This document shows positions 9,673-18,083 of a stretch of 64,000 nucleotides of DNA, in pieces. Position 1 is the first letter of the stretch; every line of letters starts with the position of its first letter. The stretch is from Clostridiales bacterium (GTDB lineage Bacteria; Bacillota; Clostridia; Caldicoprobacterales; UBA3941). A program made the translations under genes and the position numbers. Below the pieces are notes generated by a model, which did not search any database, was not told where the DNA came from, and saw only the letters and a list, made by a program, of their open reading frames with translations. Where the stretch lies: NCBI GenBank assembly GCA_012735575.1, contig JAAYGY010000012.1, positions 3,833 to 67,832 of the forward strand, given 5' to 3'.

Positions 9673-11391
9673 ATGATGCGGAAAGGTATATATAGTCTAG
9701 TTATTATTATATTATTGTTAACTGTTACCGGATGTAGTGTATCAAACATCTTACCAGAGTACCAGGACGAGAACCTTAATCCTATAGCAGAGGAGGAAAA
9801 AGATTTAGCTTATCAACCTGCCACCCCATCTAAAGGGGGGGAATTAAAGATAGCTATTGCCTTACCAGATAGCATGAATCCACTTTACACGAAGTTAAAG
9901 GATTATATAAATTTGTCAAGCCTTATTTATGAAGGACTTTTTTCATTTGATGAGAATCTTAATATTAAACCTGCTTTAGCAGAGTCCTGGGAAGTGCTAG
10001 ATGAAGGAAAAATATGGCAAATAGAATTGAGAAAAGGCGTAAAATGGCATAATGGGAAAGAGTTGACTGCTCAAGATGTAAAATATACCTTTGATCTGTT
10101 GTACAATCATTTACAGCAGTCGGAAGAAGAGGAAGGTTCTGAATATAAAAGCAGCTCCATTTTTGCAAAAAGGCTTTTTGAAGGCAGAAATATTGCAAGG
10201 ATGGAATATGTTATAAATAATCCCTATGCGGTGACTATTATTCTAAACGAGCCAGCTGGCAGGACTTTTTTGGAGGCCTTATCCTTTCCCATATTGCCTG
10301 CCTTGAATGATCAAGACGATCAAAATGATGAAGATGGTGAAGATATAGACTTTTTGATAGGAACAGGTCCATTTAAGGTAGAATCAGCTAATATAGAAAT
10401 AGGCGGTCAGATAAAACTAGTAAGAAATGATGATTGGTGGGGATCTGAAAAGCCTTATATTGATGCCATAGTTGCTAATATATATAGGGACAACGAAGAG
10501 TCTCTGGAAGCTTTTAAGAACGAAGAAGTGGATTTGGTCGATACCCACGTGATATATGCAGATTTCTATGGAATGAGTCGACAGGGTCAGACATTTAGAT
10601 ATTTAACCCAGAATTTCGTATATATTGGGATTAATCATCAATCGCCGGGTATATTGGGTGATAACCGGGTGAGAGAAGCCATTGCCTATGCTATAGATAG
10701 AAAGGATATTGTTTCCAGAGTTTATGCTAGCAATGCCCAGGCAGTTGATGTACCTATTCCTCCCGATGCCTGGTATTATGATTCTGATTTAAGGATGTAC
10801 GATTATCAACCCCTTAAAGTACATCAGATCCTAGAAGAAGCTGGATGGAAAGATTCCAATGGGGATGGAATTCTTGATAAAAATACTGGAGAGGGATTTG
10901 TTGATCTCAGTTTCACTGTCAATGCACATATGGACAATATAATGCAAAAAGAGACTTTAAATCTAATAGTGGAGCAGTTAAAGGATGTGGGGATTGATGT
11001 TAAGCCCAGATTCTTATCCTGGGATGATTATATAACGGCTCTTGAAGAAGGTGATTTTGAGGCAGTTTTAAGTGAACATTATTTGGATATTACTACAGAT
11101 TTGGGTTTTATGTTTCACTCATCGCAAATTGGTAACGGACTTAATAATTATATTGCCTATAACAATTCATATTTGGATGAGCTGTTAGATAGGATACCAG
11201 TAATCCAGGATTCACAAGAATTCAAGGATACCTATAAGAAGATACAAAAACACCTAGTAGAAGAACTACCCATAATTAGCCTTTACTACAAAACCTCATC
11301 CCTTGTTGCGGCTCCCTATGTACATGGCATTAGATTGCCTAGAGATTTAATGATCTTTCGTGATATAGAAAAATGGTATTTAGACCGATAA
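9673..11391 (+). CDS. ABC-transporter substrate-binding lipoprotein, family 5 (Opp/Dpp/Nik-like), no cognate permease/ATPase adjacent
   Basis: Lipoprotein signal LLLTVTGCS. Size (~570 aa) and sequence pattern fit SBP_bac_5. Contains an acidic insert NDQDDQNDEDGEDIDF. Confidence 0.8.
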   Translation: MMRKGIYSLVIIILLLTVTGCSVSNILPEYQDENLNPIAEEEKDLAYQPATPSKGGELKIAIALPDSMNPLYTKLKDYINLSSLIYEGLFSFDENLNIKPALAESWEVLDEGKIWQIELRKGVKWHNGKELTAQDVKYTFDLLYNHLQQSEEEEGSEYKSSSIFAKRLFEGRNIARMEYVINNPYAVTIILNEPAGRTFLEALSFPILPALNDQDDQNDEDGEDIDFLIGTGPFKVESANIEIGGQIKLVRNDDWWGSEKPYIDAIVANIYRDNEESLEAFKNEEVDLVDTHVIYADFYGMSRQGQTFRYLTQNFVYIGINHQSPGILGDNRVREAIAYAIDRKDIVSRVYASNAQAVDVPIPPDAWYYDSDLRMYDYQPLKVHQILEEAGWKDSNGDGILDKNTGEGFVDLSFTVNAHMDNIMQKETLNLIVEQLKDVGIDVKPRFLSWDDYITALEEGDFEAVLSEHYLDITTDLGFMFHSSQIGNGLNNYIAYNNSYLDELLDRIPVIQDSQEFKDTYKKIQKHLVEELPIISLYYKTSSLVAAPYVHGIRLPRDLMIFRDIEKWYLDR

Positions 11392-11407
11392 AAATATGTA
11401 TCTAACC

Positions 11408-11436
11408 TTGACAGAAATGGGATGATTTATTATAAT
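11408..11436 (+). promoter_or_regulatory. Consensus sigma-A promoter for tRNA-Leu(GAG)
   Basis: TTGACA, 17-nt spacer, TATAAT; about 40 nt upstream of the tRNA 5' end. Confidence 0.75.
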
Positions 11437-11476
11437 ATGATTTGTTACATGAACTTAATGTAGCAAATCAATATTT

Positions 11477-11563
11477 GCGGATGTGGCGGAACTGGCAGAC
11501 GCGTACGGTTGAGGGCCGTATGATAGTTGTGTCGTGTGGGTTCGAGTCCCACCATCCGCACCA
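11477..11563 (+). tRNA. tRNA-Leu (anticodon GAG), CCA encoded
   Basis: Acceptor GCGGATG/CATCCGC, anticodon arm TACGG-TTGAGGG-CCGTA, long variable arm, T arm GTGGG-TTCGAGT-CCCAC, 3' CCA. Confidence 0.95.
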
Positions 11564-11567
11564 TAGG

Positions 11568-11594
11568 ACACAGATTTATATCTGTGTTTTTTTA
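11568..11594 (+). terminator. Rho-independent terminator of the tRNA gene
   Basis: Stem ACACAGAT/ATCTGTGT, 4-nt loop, followed by TTTTTTT. Confidence 0.85.
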
Positions 11595-11810
11595 TTTCTT
11601 GCTAAAAACCTTGTTATAAAAAAGACTATAATAAATGGGATAAATAGTTAGTGTTTGATAATAATGACCTATATAGCTAAAATTGTGCTTACTATTGAAA
11701 AAATTACAACAATATTGTAAAATAAATTTAATAATTTTGTAAAAAGCTAGTGCATTTTTAATTAGGCTGTGGTAAAATATAGGTAATTTATAAGGATCAT
11801 GGAGGTAATT

Positions 11811-12608
11811 ATGTTTAAGAAACTTTTATGTTTCCTGTTTATATTAGTATTTACTTCAATATTACCTTTTGGATACATATTGGCTGACACTGAGTCCAAT
11901 GCAGAGAATTCTACCATAGAAGATATAGATCCTTCAGAAATTCTTAAAATTAAGAGTCAAGGACAGGAAGTAGTAAATCTCCAGATGAGACTTAGAGATC
12001 TAGGCTATTTTAATTATAAGGTAACAGGATATTATGCTGAAGCCACTAGAAATGCTGTAGCCTTGTTTCAGCAAGAAAATGGACTAACTGTAGACGGGAC
12101 AGTTGGGCCGGAAACCAAAAGGGTGCTATATAGTAGCAATGCAAAGCGGCATACTGTTATTCCTACCAAGGCTAGTGAATTTTTACCGGCTTCTAGGGGT
12201 GGAGTATCAACTCTTGGAGTAATGGTGGACTGGTTTTCACAAGGTCAGTATCTATTCCCAAGAGGTGAAGTAGCAAAGGTGACAGATCTTTATACAGGTA
12301 GATCCTTTAAGATGAAGAGAACTGGTGGAATATATCATGCTGATTCTGAACCTGTAACATCCGAAGATTCCGAAGCCATTAAATCCATATGGGGAGGATG
12401 GAGCTGGGACAGAAGACCGGTTATAGTAGAAGTAAGTGGGGTAAGAATAGCTGCCTCTATGCATGGTATGCCCCATGCCTTTGATAGAGTATCTAATAAT
12501 GGCATGGATGGTCACGTATGTATACATTTTTATAAAAGCAGAACCCATATTAGAAATAAAGAAGACGCTGAACATCAGGCAATGGTACGGAAAGCAGCAG
12601 GTAAATAA
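11811..12608 (+). CDS. Secreted peptidoglycan-binding (PG_binding_1) protein with uncharacterised C-terminal domain
   Basis: Start at ATG 11811 (GGAGG RBS; signal peptide MFKKLLCFLFILVF). PG-binding repeat LQMRLRDLGYF..ATRNAVALFQQENGLTVDGTVGPET. Confidence 0.8.
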   Translation: MFKKLLCFLFILVFTSILPFGYILADTESNAENSTIEDIDPSEILKIKSQGQEVVNLQMRLRDLGYFNYKVTGYYAEATRNAVALFQQENGLTVDGTVGPETKRVLYSSNAKRHTVIPTKASEFLPASRGGVSTLGVMVDWFSQGQYLFPRGEVAKVTDLYTGRSFKMKRTGGIYHADSEPVTSEDSEAIKSIWGGWSWDRRPVIVEVSGVRIAASMHGMPHAFDRVSNNGMDGHVCIHFYKSRTHIRNKEDAEHQAMVRKAAGK

Positions 12609-12625
12609 ACCTAAATAATAAATAC

Positions 12626-12651
12626 AAATCGCCCTTAAAGGGCGATTTTTT
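12626..12651 (+). terminator. Rho-independent terminator
   Basis: Stem AAATCGCCC/GGGCGATTT, loop TTAAA, followed by a T-run. Confidence 0.85.
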
Positions 12652-12759
12652 ATGGAATAAAACTTATGATAACTGGCTAGATTATCTATCATAGGATGAT
12701 CAAAAATATAATTATTATGTAAAGGTGATAGTATTAGGGATAGATATAAGCTAATTAAG

Positions 12760-13095
12760 GTGGTAACTATTGGTATAATAGCAGGATTGTGTAATGGGCT
12801 ATTTGGATCAGGTGGAGGAATAATAGTAGTCCCTGCAATGATTTATTTATTAGGTATAGAGGAACATGATGCCCATGCTACTGCCATTTTAGTCATTTTA
12901 CCTCTGTCATTGGTAAGTGTTTTTATTTATTTTAGGAGCAATCATTTCGATTGGAGTATGGTATGGAAAGTAGGATTAGGCAGCATTATTGGTGCTGGTT
13001 TTGGTGCATGGCTATTGCCTCGCATACCGGTAAATATACTTAGCAAAATTTTTGCAGGATTTATGATATTAGCAGGATTAAGGATGATTTTCTAG
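12760..13095 (+). CDS. Half-size (4-TM) TSUP/TauE-SafE family membrane protein, first half
   Basis: GLFGSGGGIIVVPAMIYLL glycine-rich TM1 motif and four hydrophobic segments. The start is uncertain: GTG 12760 lacks a well-spaced RBS, and the frame is open from 12712 with an AAAGGTGA RBS before an in-frame ATT at 12733. Confidence 0.75.
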   Translation: MVTIGIIAGLCNGLFGSGGGIIVVPAMIYLLGIEEHDAHATAILVILPLSLVSVFIYFRSNHFDWSMVWKVGLGSIIGAGFGAWLLPRIPVNILSKIFAGFMILAGLRMIF

Positions 13096-13455
13096 ATGAT
13101 TATATTTTTAATAGGACTAGTTTCAGGTATAGTTGGAGGAATGGGCATGGGTGGCGGAACTATTTTAATTCCTGCTCTAATCTTTTTTGCTAAAACCCCG
13201 CAGCAATTAGCCCAAAGTATAAATCTTAGCGTGTTTTTTCCAACAGCTATTATTGCTTTATGTATACATATTAAAAATAAACATGTACGATATAAGCTTG
13301 CTCTAAAGATTATTATAGCTGGCACAATAGGTGCACTAATCGGGTCAAAAACTGCTGTATCCATGTCTGCTCATGCTCTTAAAAGATTGTTTGGCGTTTT
13401 TATTTTGGCCATGGGGATATACGAGCTGTTTAGAAAACCAAAGAAAAAAAGATAA
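13096..13455 (+). CDS. Half-size (4-TM) TSUP/TauE-SafE family membrane protein, second half
   Basis: GGMGMGGGTILIPALIFF motif and four hydrophobic segments. The ATG immediately follows the TAG of the preceding ORF, in the same frame. Confidence 0.8.
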   Translation: MIIFLIGLVSGIVGGMGMGGGTILIPALIFFAKTPQQLAQSINLSVFFPTAIIALCIHIKNKHVRYKLALKIIIAGTIGALIGSKTAVSMSAHALKRLFGVFILAMGIYELFRKPKKKR

Positions 13456-13459
13456 AAAG

Positions 13460-13490
13460 TGGGCGGTGATTGTGAACCGCCCATTGTTTT
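13460..13490. terminator. Bidirectional terminator between convergent genes
   Basis: Stem TGGGCGGT/ACCGCCCA flanked by an A-run and a T-run. Confidence 0.8.
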
Positions 13491-13497
13491 GATTAAT

Positions 13498-15276
13498 TTA
13501 TATATTTTTACTTAGCTCCATAAACTTATCAATATCTTGCTTAATAAGTTGTAAAGAATTTCTCCAAAAATCTATGGAATGGATATCTATATCTACCATC
13601 TTAGCTACATCAGCTATATTATTCTTTCCCGTAGCCTGCAGAAGCTTATCATATTCAGTAACAAAAGCTTTACCTCGCTTTAGATACTCTGCATAAACTC
13701 CCTTTGCGAACAAAAGTCCAAAAGCGTAAGGAAAATTGTAGAAATTGTAACCAGCTGAATAATAATGGGATTTACATATCCACATAAAGGGATGTAAAAA
13801 GTCATGATCTAATCCAAAGCCATAGGCCTCTTTTTGTGCTTCCATCATAAGCACTTTTAACTCATCCACAGACAAGGGATGATCCTTTCGAATTTCGAAA
13901 AGCTTGCTTTCAAAGAGAAAGCGACTAAGGATGTCCACTATTACCTGCCCTGAATCAGATATAGAAGATTCTAATATTCCAAAAGATTGTTCTTCGGTTG
14001 CCTCCTTTAAGGCAGCGTCCATTATTATAGTTTCGCAGAATATTGACGCTGTTTCAGCTATAGGCATAGTGTAATCACTATTTATGATAGACTCCTCTTC
14101 TAGACAATAGCCATGGTAGGCGTGCCCTAACTCATGGGCCAGGGTAGTGATATCGCTAAAGGTGCCAGTAAAATTAGTTAATATTCTACTAGCTTTAATG
14201 GCATGAATATTGGAACAGAAAGCACCGCCCATTTTTCCTTCTCTTGGTTCAGCATCAATCCATCTATTTGTAAAAGCATTGTCTGCAAAGTTAGCTAATT
14301 TATCGCTAAAACTTCTAAAGTTTTTTACTATATAATCTCGTGCTTCTTGGTAGGTATATTTGATATTCATTTGGCCAAGAGGTGCAAATAGATCGTAAAA
14401 GGGTAGACCATTTTTATGCCCCAATAATTCAGCCTTTCTTCTATAGTAGTTATGAAAATAGTGGAGACTTTCTTTCATTGCATCCAGCATAGCATTTAAA
14501 GTTTCCTCATCTATTCTCGACTTAATAATGGTTTCTTCTAGAGGGGATTTGTATCCTCTCATAGATGTCACAGTCAATACCTCTCCTTTAATTCCATTAA
14601 GGCAAGCAGCAGAGGATTCCTCAATCTTTTTATAGGCTTTAAGTTCAGCCTCATAAGCTTTTTTTCTAAGCTGTGCATCTCCTTCGTATGCCATGTTTCT
14701 TACAACAGGCAGAGGGAGTTCTTTTTTTTCTCCTTCAATTTCAATGTCTACTAATAGTGTGGATGTTAATATATCCTGTAATTGACTCCAGGCACTAGAA
14801 CCTGTATTGCTCATTTTTGCAATTATTATCTCTTGTTCCTCGCTTAACAGATATTTAGAATTTTGAACTATTTCATTTAAATAAAATTCATGTTCTCTTA
14901 AAAGCTGAGATGAATTAATGATATCCTCTAAATTATCTAGGGAAGACAACCATTTTTGAAAGGCCACTGAGGGTTGGGTAAGCTCATTATACTTTACCTG
15001 TAGCTTGTCCACATATTTTATTGCATCCTGATCCCTTGCATCAACACTAGCTCTAAGGCTCGCATATGTCATTAACTTAGAAAAAATAGTAGCAAGTACA
15101 GTTTCTGAATTTATGTAATACTCAATCTTTTCCTTTGGATTTTCCATAGAAGTTAGATTTTCCTCTGTCCATTTTTTTATTTTTTCTATTAACAAATCAA
15201 TTGCAGTTAAATCATCCTTAAATTCTGGTGATTCAAAAGAAGAGTAAAGTTCATCAAGGCTCCATCTCATATTCAT
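13498..15276 (-). CDS. pepF: Oligoendopeptidase F family (M3B) metallopeptidase
   Basis: 592 aa with HELGHAYH zinc-binding motif and the overall M3B pattern. Confidence 0.9.
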   Translation of the reverse strand: MNMRWSLDELYSSFESPEFKDDLTAIDLLIEKIKKWTEENLTSMENPKEKIEYYINSETVLATIFSKLMTYASLRASVDARDQDAIKYVDKLQVKYNELTQPSVAFQKWLSSLDNLEDIINSSQLLREHEFYLNEIVQNSKYLLSEEQEIIIAKMSNTGSSAWSQLQDILTSTLLVDIEIEGEKKELPLPVVRNMAYEGDAQLRKKAYEAELKAYKKIEESSAACLNGIKGEVLTVTSMRGYKSPLEETIIKSRIDEETLNAMLDAMKESLHYFHNYYRRKAELLGHKNGLPFYDLFAPLGQMNIKYTYQEARDYIVKNFRSFSDKLANFADNAFTNRWIDAEPREGKMGGAFCSNIHAIKASRILTNFTGTFSDITTLAHELGHAYHGYCLEEESIINSDYTMPIAETASIFCETIIMDAALKEATEEQSFGILESSISDSGQVIVDILSRFLFESKLFEIRKDHPLSVDELKVLMMEAQKEAYGFGLDHDFLHPFMWICKSHYYSAGYNFYNFPYAFGLLFAKGVYAEYLKRGKAFVTEYDKLLQATGKNNIADVAKMVDIDIHSIDFWRNSLQLIKQDIDKFMELSKNI

Positions 15277-15535
15277 TATAATTCCTCCTTTTATGTGTGT
15301 AAGCTATAAAATAACCTGTTGTGCCAGTTCATCACATATAAATCATAATGGTAATTAAATGTAGATTTATCTATAGCTTTTATATAAGTGATCTAACGGT
15401 GGAACTAGGACAACCAGTTAAATTAATAATATCCTCATAGATAGGAATTTTCAACTAAAAAAGTATTTTTGAAGCAATAATCAAAAAAAATACAATTATC
15501 TACAAAAGTATGTTATAATAAGCTTATGTAAAAAA

Positions 15536-15571
15536 CCGGCGAGATTTTTATAAATCTCAGTCGGCTTTTTT
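15536..15571. terminator. Orphan intrinsic-terminator-like hairpin in a divergent intergenic region
   Basis: 12-bp stem (one bulged A, one G-U) CCGGCGAGATTT/AAATCTCAGTCGG, loop TTAT, A6 upstream and T6 downstream. No gene reads into it on either strand. An extended -10 (TGtTATAAT, 15511-15519) lies just upstream. Confidence 0.5.
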
Positions 15572-15620
15572 CGTGTTAAGGGAATGTTATTATTTTAACA
15601 AATTTTTTAAAAAATATTAT

Positions 15621-15649
15621 TTGTGATAAAATTAACTTATCCATATAAT
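15621..15649 (+). promoter_or_regulatory. Probable rnf operon promoter
   Basis: TTGTGA, 17-nt spacer, TATAAT; about 45 nt upstream of rnfC. Confidence 0.6.
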
Positions 15650-15692
15650 AAAATCAAGGGATATTATATAGGTTTAAGGAGGGTGTTTGTTA

Positions 15693-17033
15693 ATGGGGTT
15701 TAATTCTTTTTCATTTAGGGGGGGAGTTCATCCGCCTGACAATAAGCATTTTACAGAAAACAAACCTATTGAGACAGCAAAAGTGCCTTCTCTGGTATAT
15801 ATACCACTTCAACAACATATTGGCGCACCTTGTGAGGCATTAGTAAAACCGGGAGATCATGTAAAATTGGGGCAAATGATAGGTCAGCAAAGAGGTTTTG
15901 TTTGTGCACCGGTTCATGCTAGTGTTTCAGGCAAGGTCAAGTCTGTAATGCCTATGATGGGCCCCCAAGGAGTAAAGGTAATGACAGTTGTTATTGAAAA
16001 TGACGGATTGGATACCTTGGATGAATCAATCAAGCCAAGGGACATAGAAAGCCTATCTGTTCAAGATATAAGACGGATTATATTAGATGGAGGTATTGTC
16101 GGGATGGGTGGCGCTACCTTTCCTACCCATGTAAAGCTGTCTCCTCCTGCTGAAAAGGAAATAGAATATGTAATTTTGAATGGAGCTGAATGTGAGCCCT
16201 ATTTGACCTCAGACCATCGTTTGATGATTGAACAGCCTGACCAAATAATAGCAGGATTAAAGATAATAATGAGAGTTATAGATGCCAAATTTGGCTATAT
16301 TGGGATTGAAGATAACAAATCCGAAGCTATTGAAGTTATGGAAAAGGTAACAAAAAAAGAGCCCAATATTCAGGTGGTAGCTTTGAAGACCAAATATCCT
16401 CAGGGTTCAGAAAAGCAATTAATCCAGACAATAACAGGCCGCCAGGTACCTTCAGGTGGACTACCCGCGGACGTAGGTGTTGAAGTGAATAATGTTGCTA
16501 CAGCTGCAAAGATCTATGAAGTCCTTACCACAGGAATGCCCTTTATTGAAAGAGTGGTTACCATTAGTGGAAAAGGAATAAAAGAACCAAAAAATCTTAT
16601 GGTTCGTATAGGTACACTTTTCAGTGAACTAATCGAGGAATGTGGAGGTTTTAGCTGTGAGCCAAGTAAGATAATTGCAGGTGGTCCTATGACAGGTATA
16701 GCACAACACACTCTGGAAGTGCCTGTTACCAAGGGTGTCACTGGTATTTTGGCCCTATCTCCAGAGGAAACTAAAGATGAAGAGGTATGGCCGTGTATCC
16801 GATGTGGAAAATGTATACAGGTTTGTCCTATAAATTTAATGCCCCTAAGTATCAGTGCCTATTCTTTAAAAGGAGATTTTGATACCTGTAAGGAATATAA
16901 GGCCCTGGATTGTATTGAATGTGGTTGTTGTTCCTATATATGTCCTGCAAAAAGACCTTTGATGCAATCCATTATTATGGCTAAAAATCAGATTATTGCT
17001 AAAGAGAAAAATAATACATCAAATGAACAATAG
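15693..17033 (+). CDS. rnfC: Rnf electron-transport complex subunit C
   Basis: Start at ATG 15693 (AGGAGGG RBS 9 nt upstream). GMGGATFPTHVK motif. Two 4Fe-4S motifs, CIRCGKCIQVCP and CIECGCCSYICP. Confidence 0.95.
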   Translation: MGFNSFSFRGGVHPPDNKHFTENKPIETAKVPSLVYIPLQQHIGAPCEALVKPGDHVKLGQMIGQQRGFVCAPVHASVSGKVKSVMPMMGPQGVKVMTVVIENDGLDTLDESIKPRDIESLSVQDIRRIILDGGIVGMGGATFPTHVKLSPPAEKEIEYVILNGAECEPYLTSDHRLMIEQPDQIIAGLKIIMRVIDAKFGYIGIEDNKSEAIEVMEKVTKKEPNIQVVALKTKYPQGSEKQLIQTITGRQVPSGGLPADVGVEVNNVATAAKIYEVLTTGMPFIERVVTISGKGIKEPKNLMVRIGTLFSELIEECGGFSCEPSKIIAGGPMTGIAQHTLEVPVTKGVTGILALSPEETKDEEVWPCIRCGKCIQVCPINLMPLSISAYSLKGDFDTCKEYKALDCIECGCCSYICPAKRPLMQSIIMAKNQIIAKEKNNTSNEQ

Positions 17034-17066
17034 ACAAATTTATGCAAGAGGTTTGGAGGGAAAGAA

Positions 17067-18083
17067 ATGAATAATACTTTAACAGTTTCCTCTTCACCCC
17101 ATATTACATCTGGAGAGTCGGTTTCTAGAATAATGCTTGATGTCATACTTGCATTGATTCCGGCTGGCATTGCAGCGGTTATTTTCTTTGGGTGGAGAGC
17201 TGCATTAGTTATAGGTGTGTCTGTTCTATCAGCGGTGGCTGCTGAGGCTGTTTATCAAAAGTTAATGAAAAAACCAGTTACAATAAGAGATTTTAGTGCA
17301 GTAGTTACTGGTATTTTATTAGCTTATAATCTACCACCTACTATACCATTATGGATTGTGGTTGTAGGTGCGGTTATAGCTATAGTTCTTGTAAAACAAA
17401 TTTTTGGTGGTATAGGTCACAATTTTATGAATCCTGCCCTTGCGGCCCGTGCTATTCTATTAGCTGCTTGGCCTGTAGAAATGACCACATGGGAGTCTCC
17501 CATTATAGATGGGGTCAGCAACGCTACCAGCGCTGCTACCAGTAGTGCCACTGTAGACGGAGTCAGCAATGCTACCAGTAGCGCAACTCCTTTAGCCATA
17601 TTAAAAAGTGGAGATGGTGTATGGGCAGATCTACCACCATTGTGGGATGTTTTTGTGGGTAGGATTGGTGGTTGTATAGGCGAGATTTCTGCATTAGCCT
17701 TATTGCTGGGTGCAGCCTATCTGCTTATACGGCGGGTAATAAACTGGCGAATACCTATAACCTATATAGCTACGGTTGGGTTACTAACATGGTTTTTTGG
17801 CAAAGATGGTCTTTTTACAGGACATGGACTATATCATATTTTTTCAGGAGGACTTATTTTAGGTGCATTTTTTATGGCTACGGATTATTCCACATCTCCT
17901 GTTACCCCAAAAGGCCAGATTATAATGGGTATAGGGTGTGGTATTATAACCACGGTAATCCGAATATTAGGAGGATATCCTGGTGGAGTTTCCTATTCCA
18001 TATTAATCATGAATGTAGCAACTCCACTGATAGAGAGATATACAAGACCTCGAATATATGGGGAGGTGAGAGGCAATGTCTGA
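17067..18083 (+). CDS. rnfD: Rnf complex subunit D
   Basis: Polytopic NqrB/RnfD pattern (SSSPHI.., FGGIGHNFMNPALAARA, ..SATPL..). Gene order is rnfCDGEAB. Confidence 0.95.
   Translation: MNNTLTVSSSPHITSGESVSRIMLDVILALIPAGIAAVIFFGWRAALVIGVSVLSAVAAEAVYQKLMKKPVTIRDFSAVVTGILLAYNLPPTIPLWIVVVGAVIAIVLVKQIFGGIGHNFMNPALAARAILLAAWPVEMTTWESPIIDGVSNATSAATSSATVDGVSNATSSATPLAILKSGDGVWADLPPLWDVFVGRIGGCIGEISALALLLGAAYLLIRRVINWRIPITYIATVGLLTWFFGKDGLFTGHGLYHIFSGGLILGAFFMATDYSTSPVTPKGQIIMGIGCGIITTVIRILGGYPGGVSYSILIMNVATPLIERYTRPRIYGEVRGNV
17508..17588 (+). repeat. Imperfect internal duplication in rnfD encoding DGVSNATSAATSSATV / DGVSNATSSAT
   Basis: GATGGGGTCAGCAACGCTACCAGC.. and GACGGAGTCAGCAATGCTACCAGT.. 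encode two DGVSNATS units. Five consecutive xAT motifs sit at the position of the RnfD FMN-attachment threonine. Confidence 0.8.

Noticed and set aside
11442-11651. 69-aa ORF spanning the tRNA-Leu(GAG) gene.
   Set aside because: It reads straight through a canonical tRNA and its terminator, so it is an artefact.
12252-12692. 146-aa minus-strand ORF from the ORF track. Similar antisense calls include 335-670, 2173-2394, 3549-3746, 6920-7258, 13092-13364, 18605-18910, 30326-30649, 35153-35560, 40814-41122, 44450-44746 and 46310-46600.
   Set aside because: Each lies inside or across a well-supported gene on the opposite strand. They have no RBS and a composition typical of antisense frames in AT-rich DNA.
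13093-13095. The TAG between the two TSUP halves as a pyrrolysine codon.
   Set aside because: There are no pyl genes or methylamine methyltransferases in the window. An ATG immediately follows, and each half is a complete 4-TM unit. I kept it only as a minor alternative in the corresponding finding.
17351-17599. Alternative-frame ORFs (17351-17545 plus, 17417-17599 minus) over the rnfD repeat region, rich in Cys/Tyr or Ala/Leu.
   Set aside because: They are by-products of the repetitive GCT/ACC/AGC codons of the rnfD xAT repeat block. The rnfD frame is clearly the functional one.
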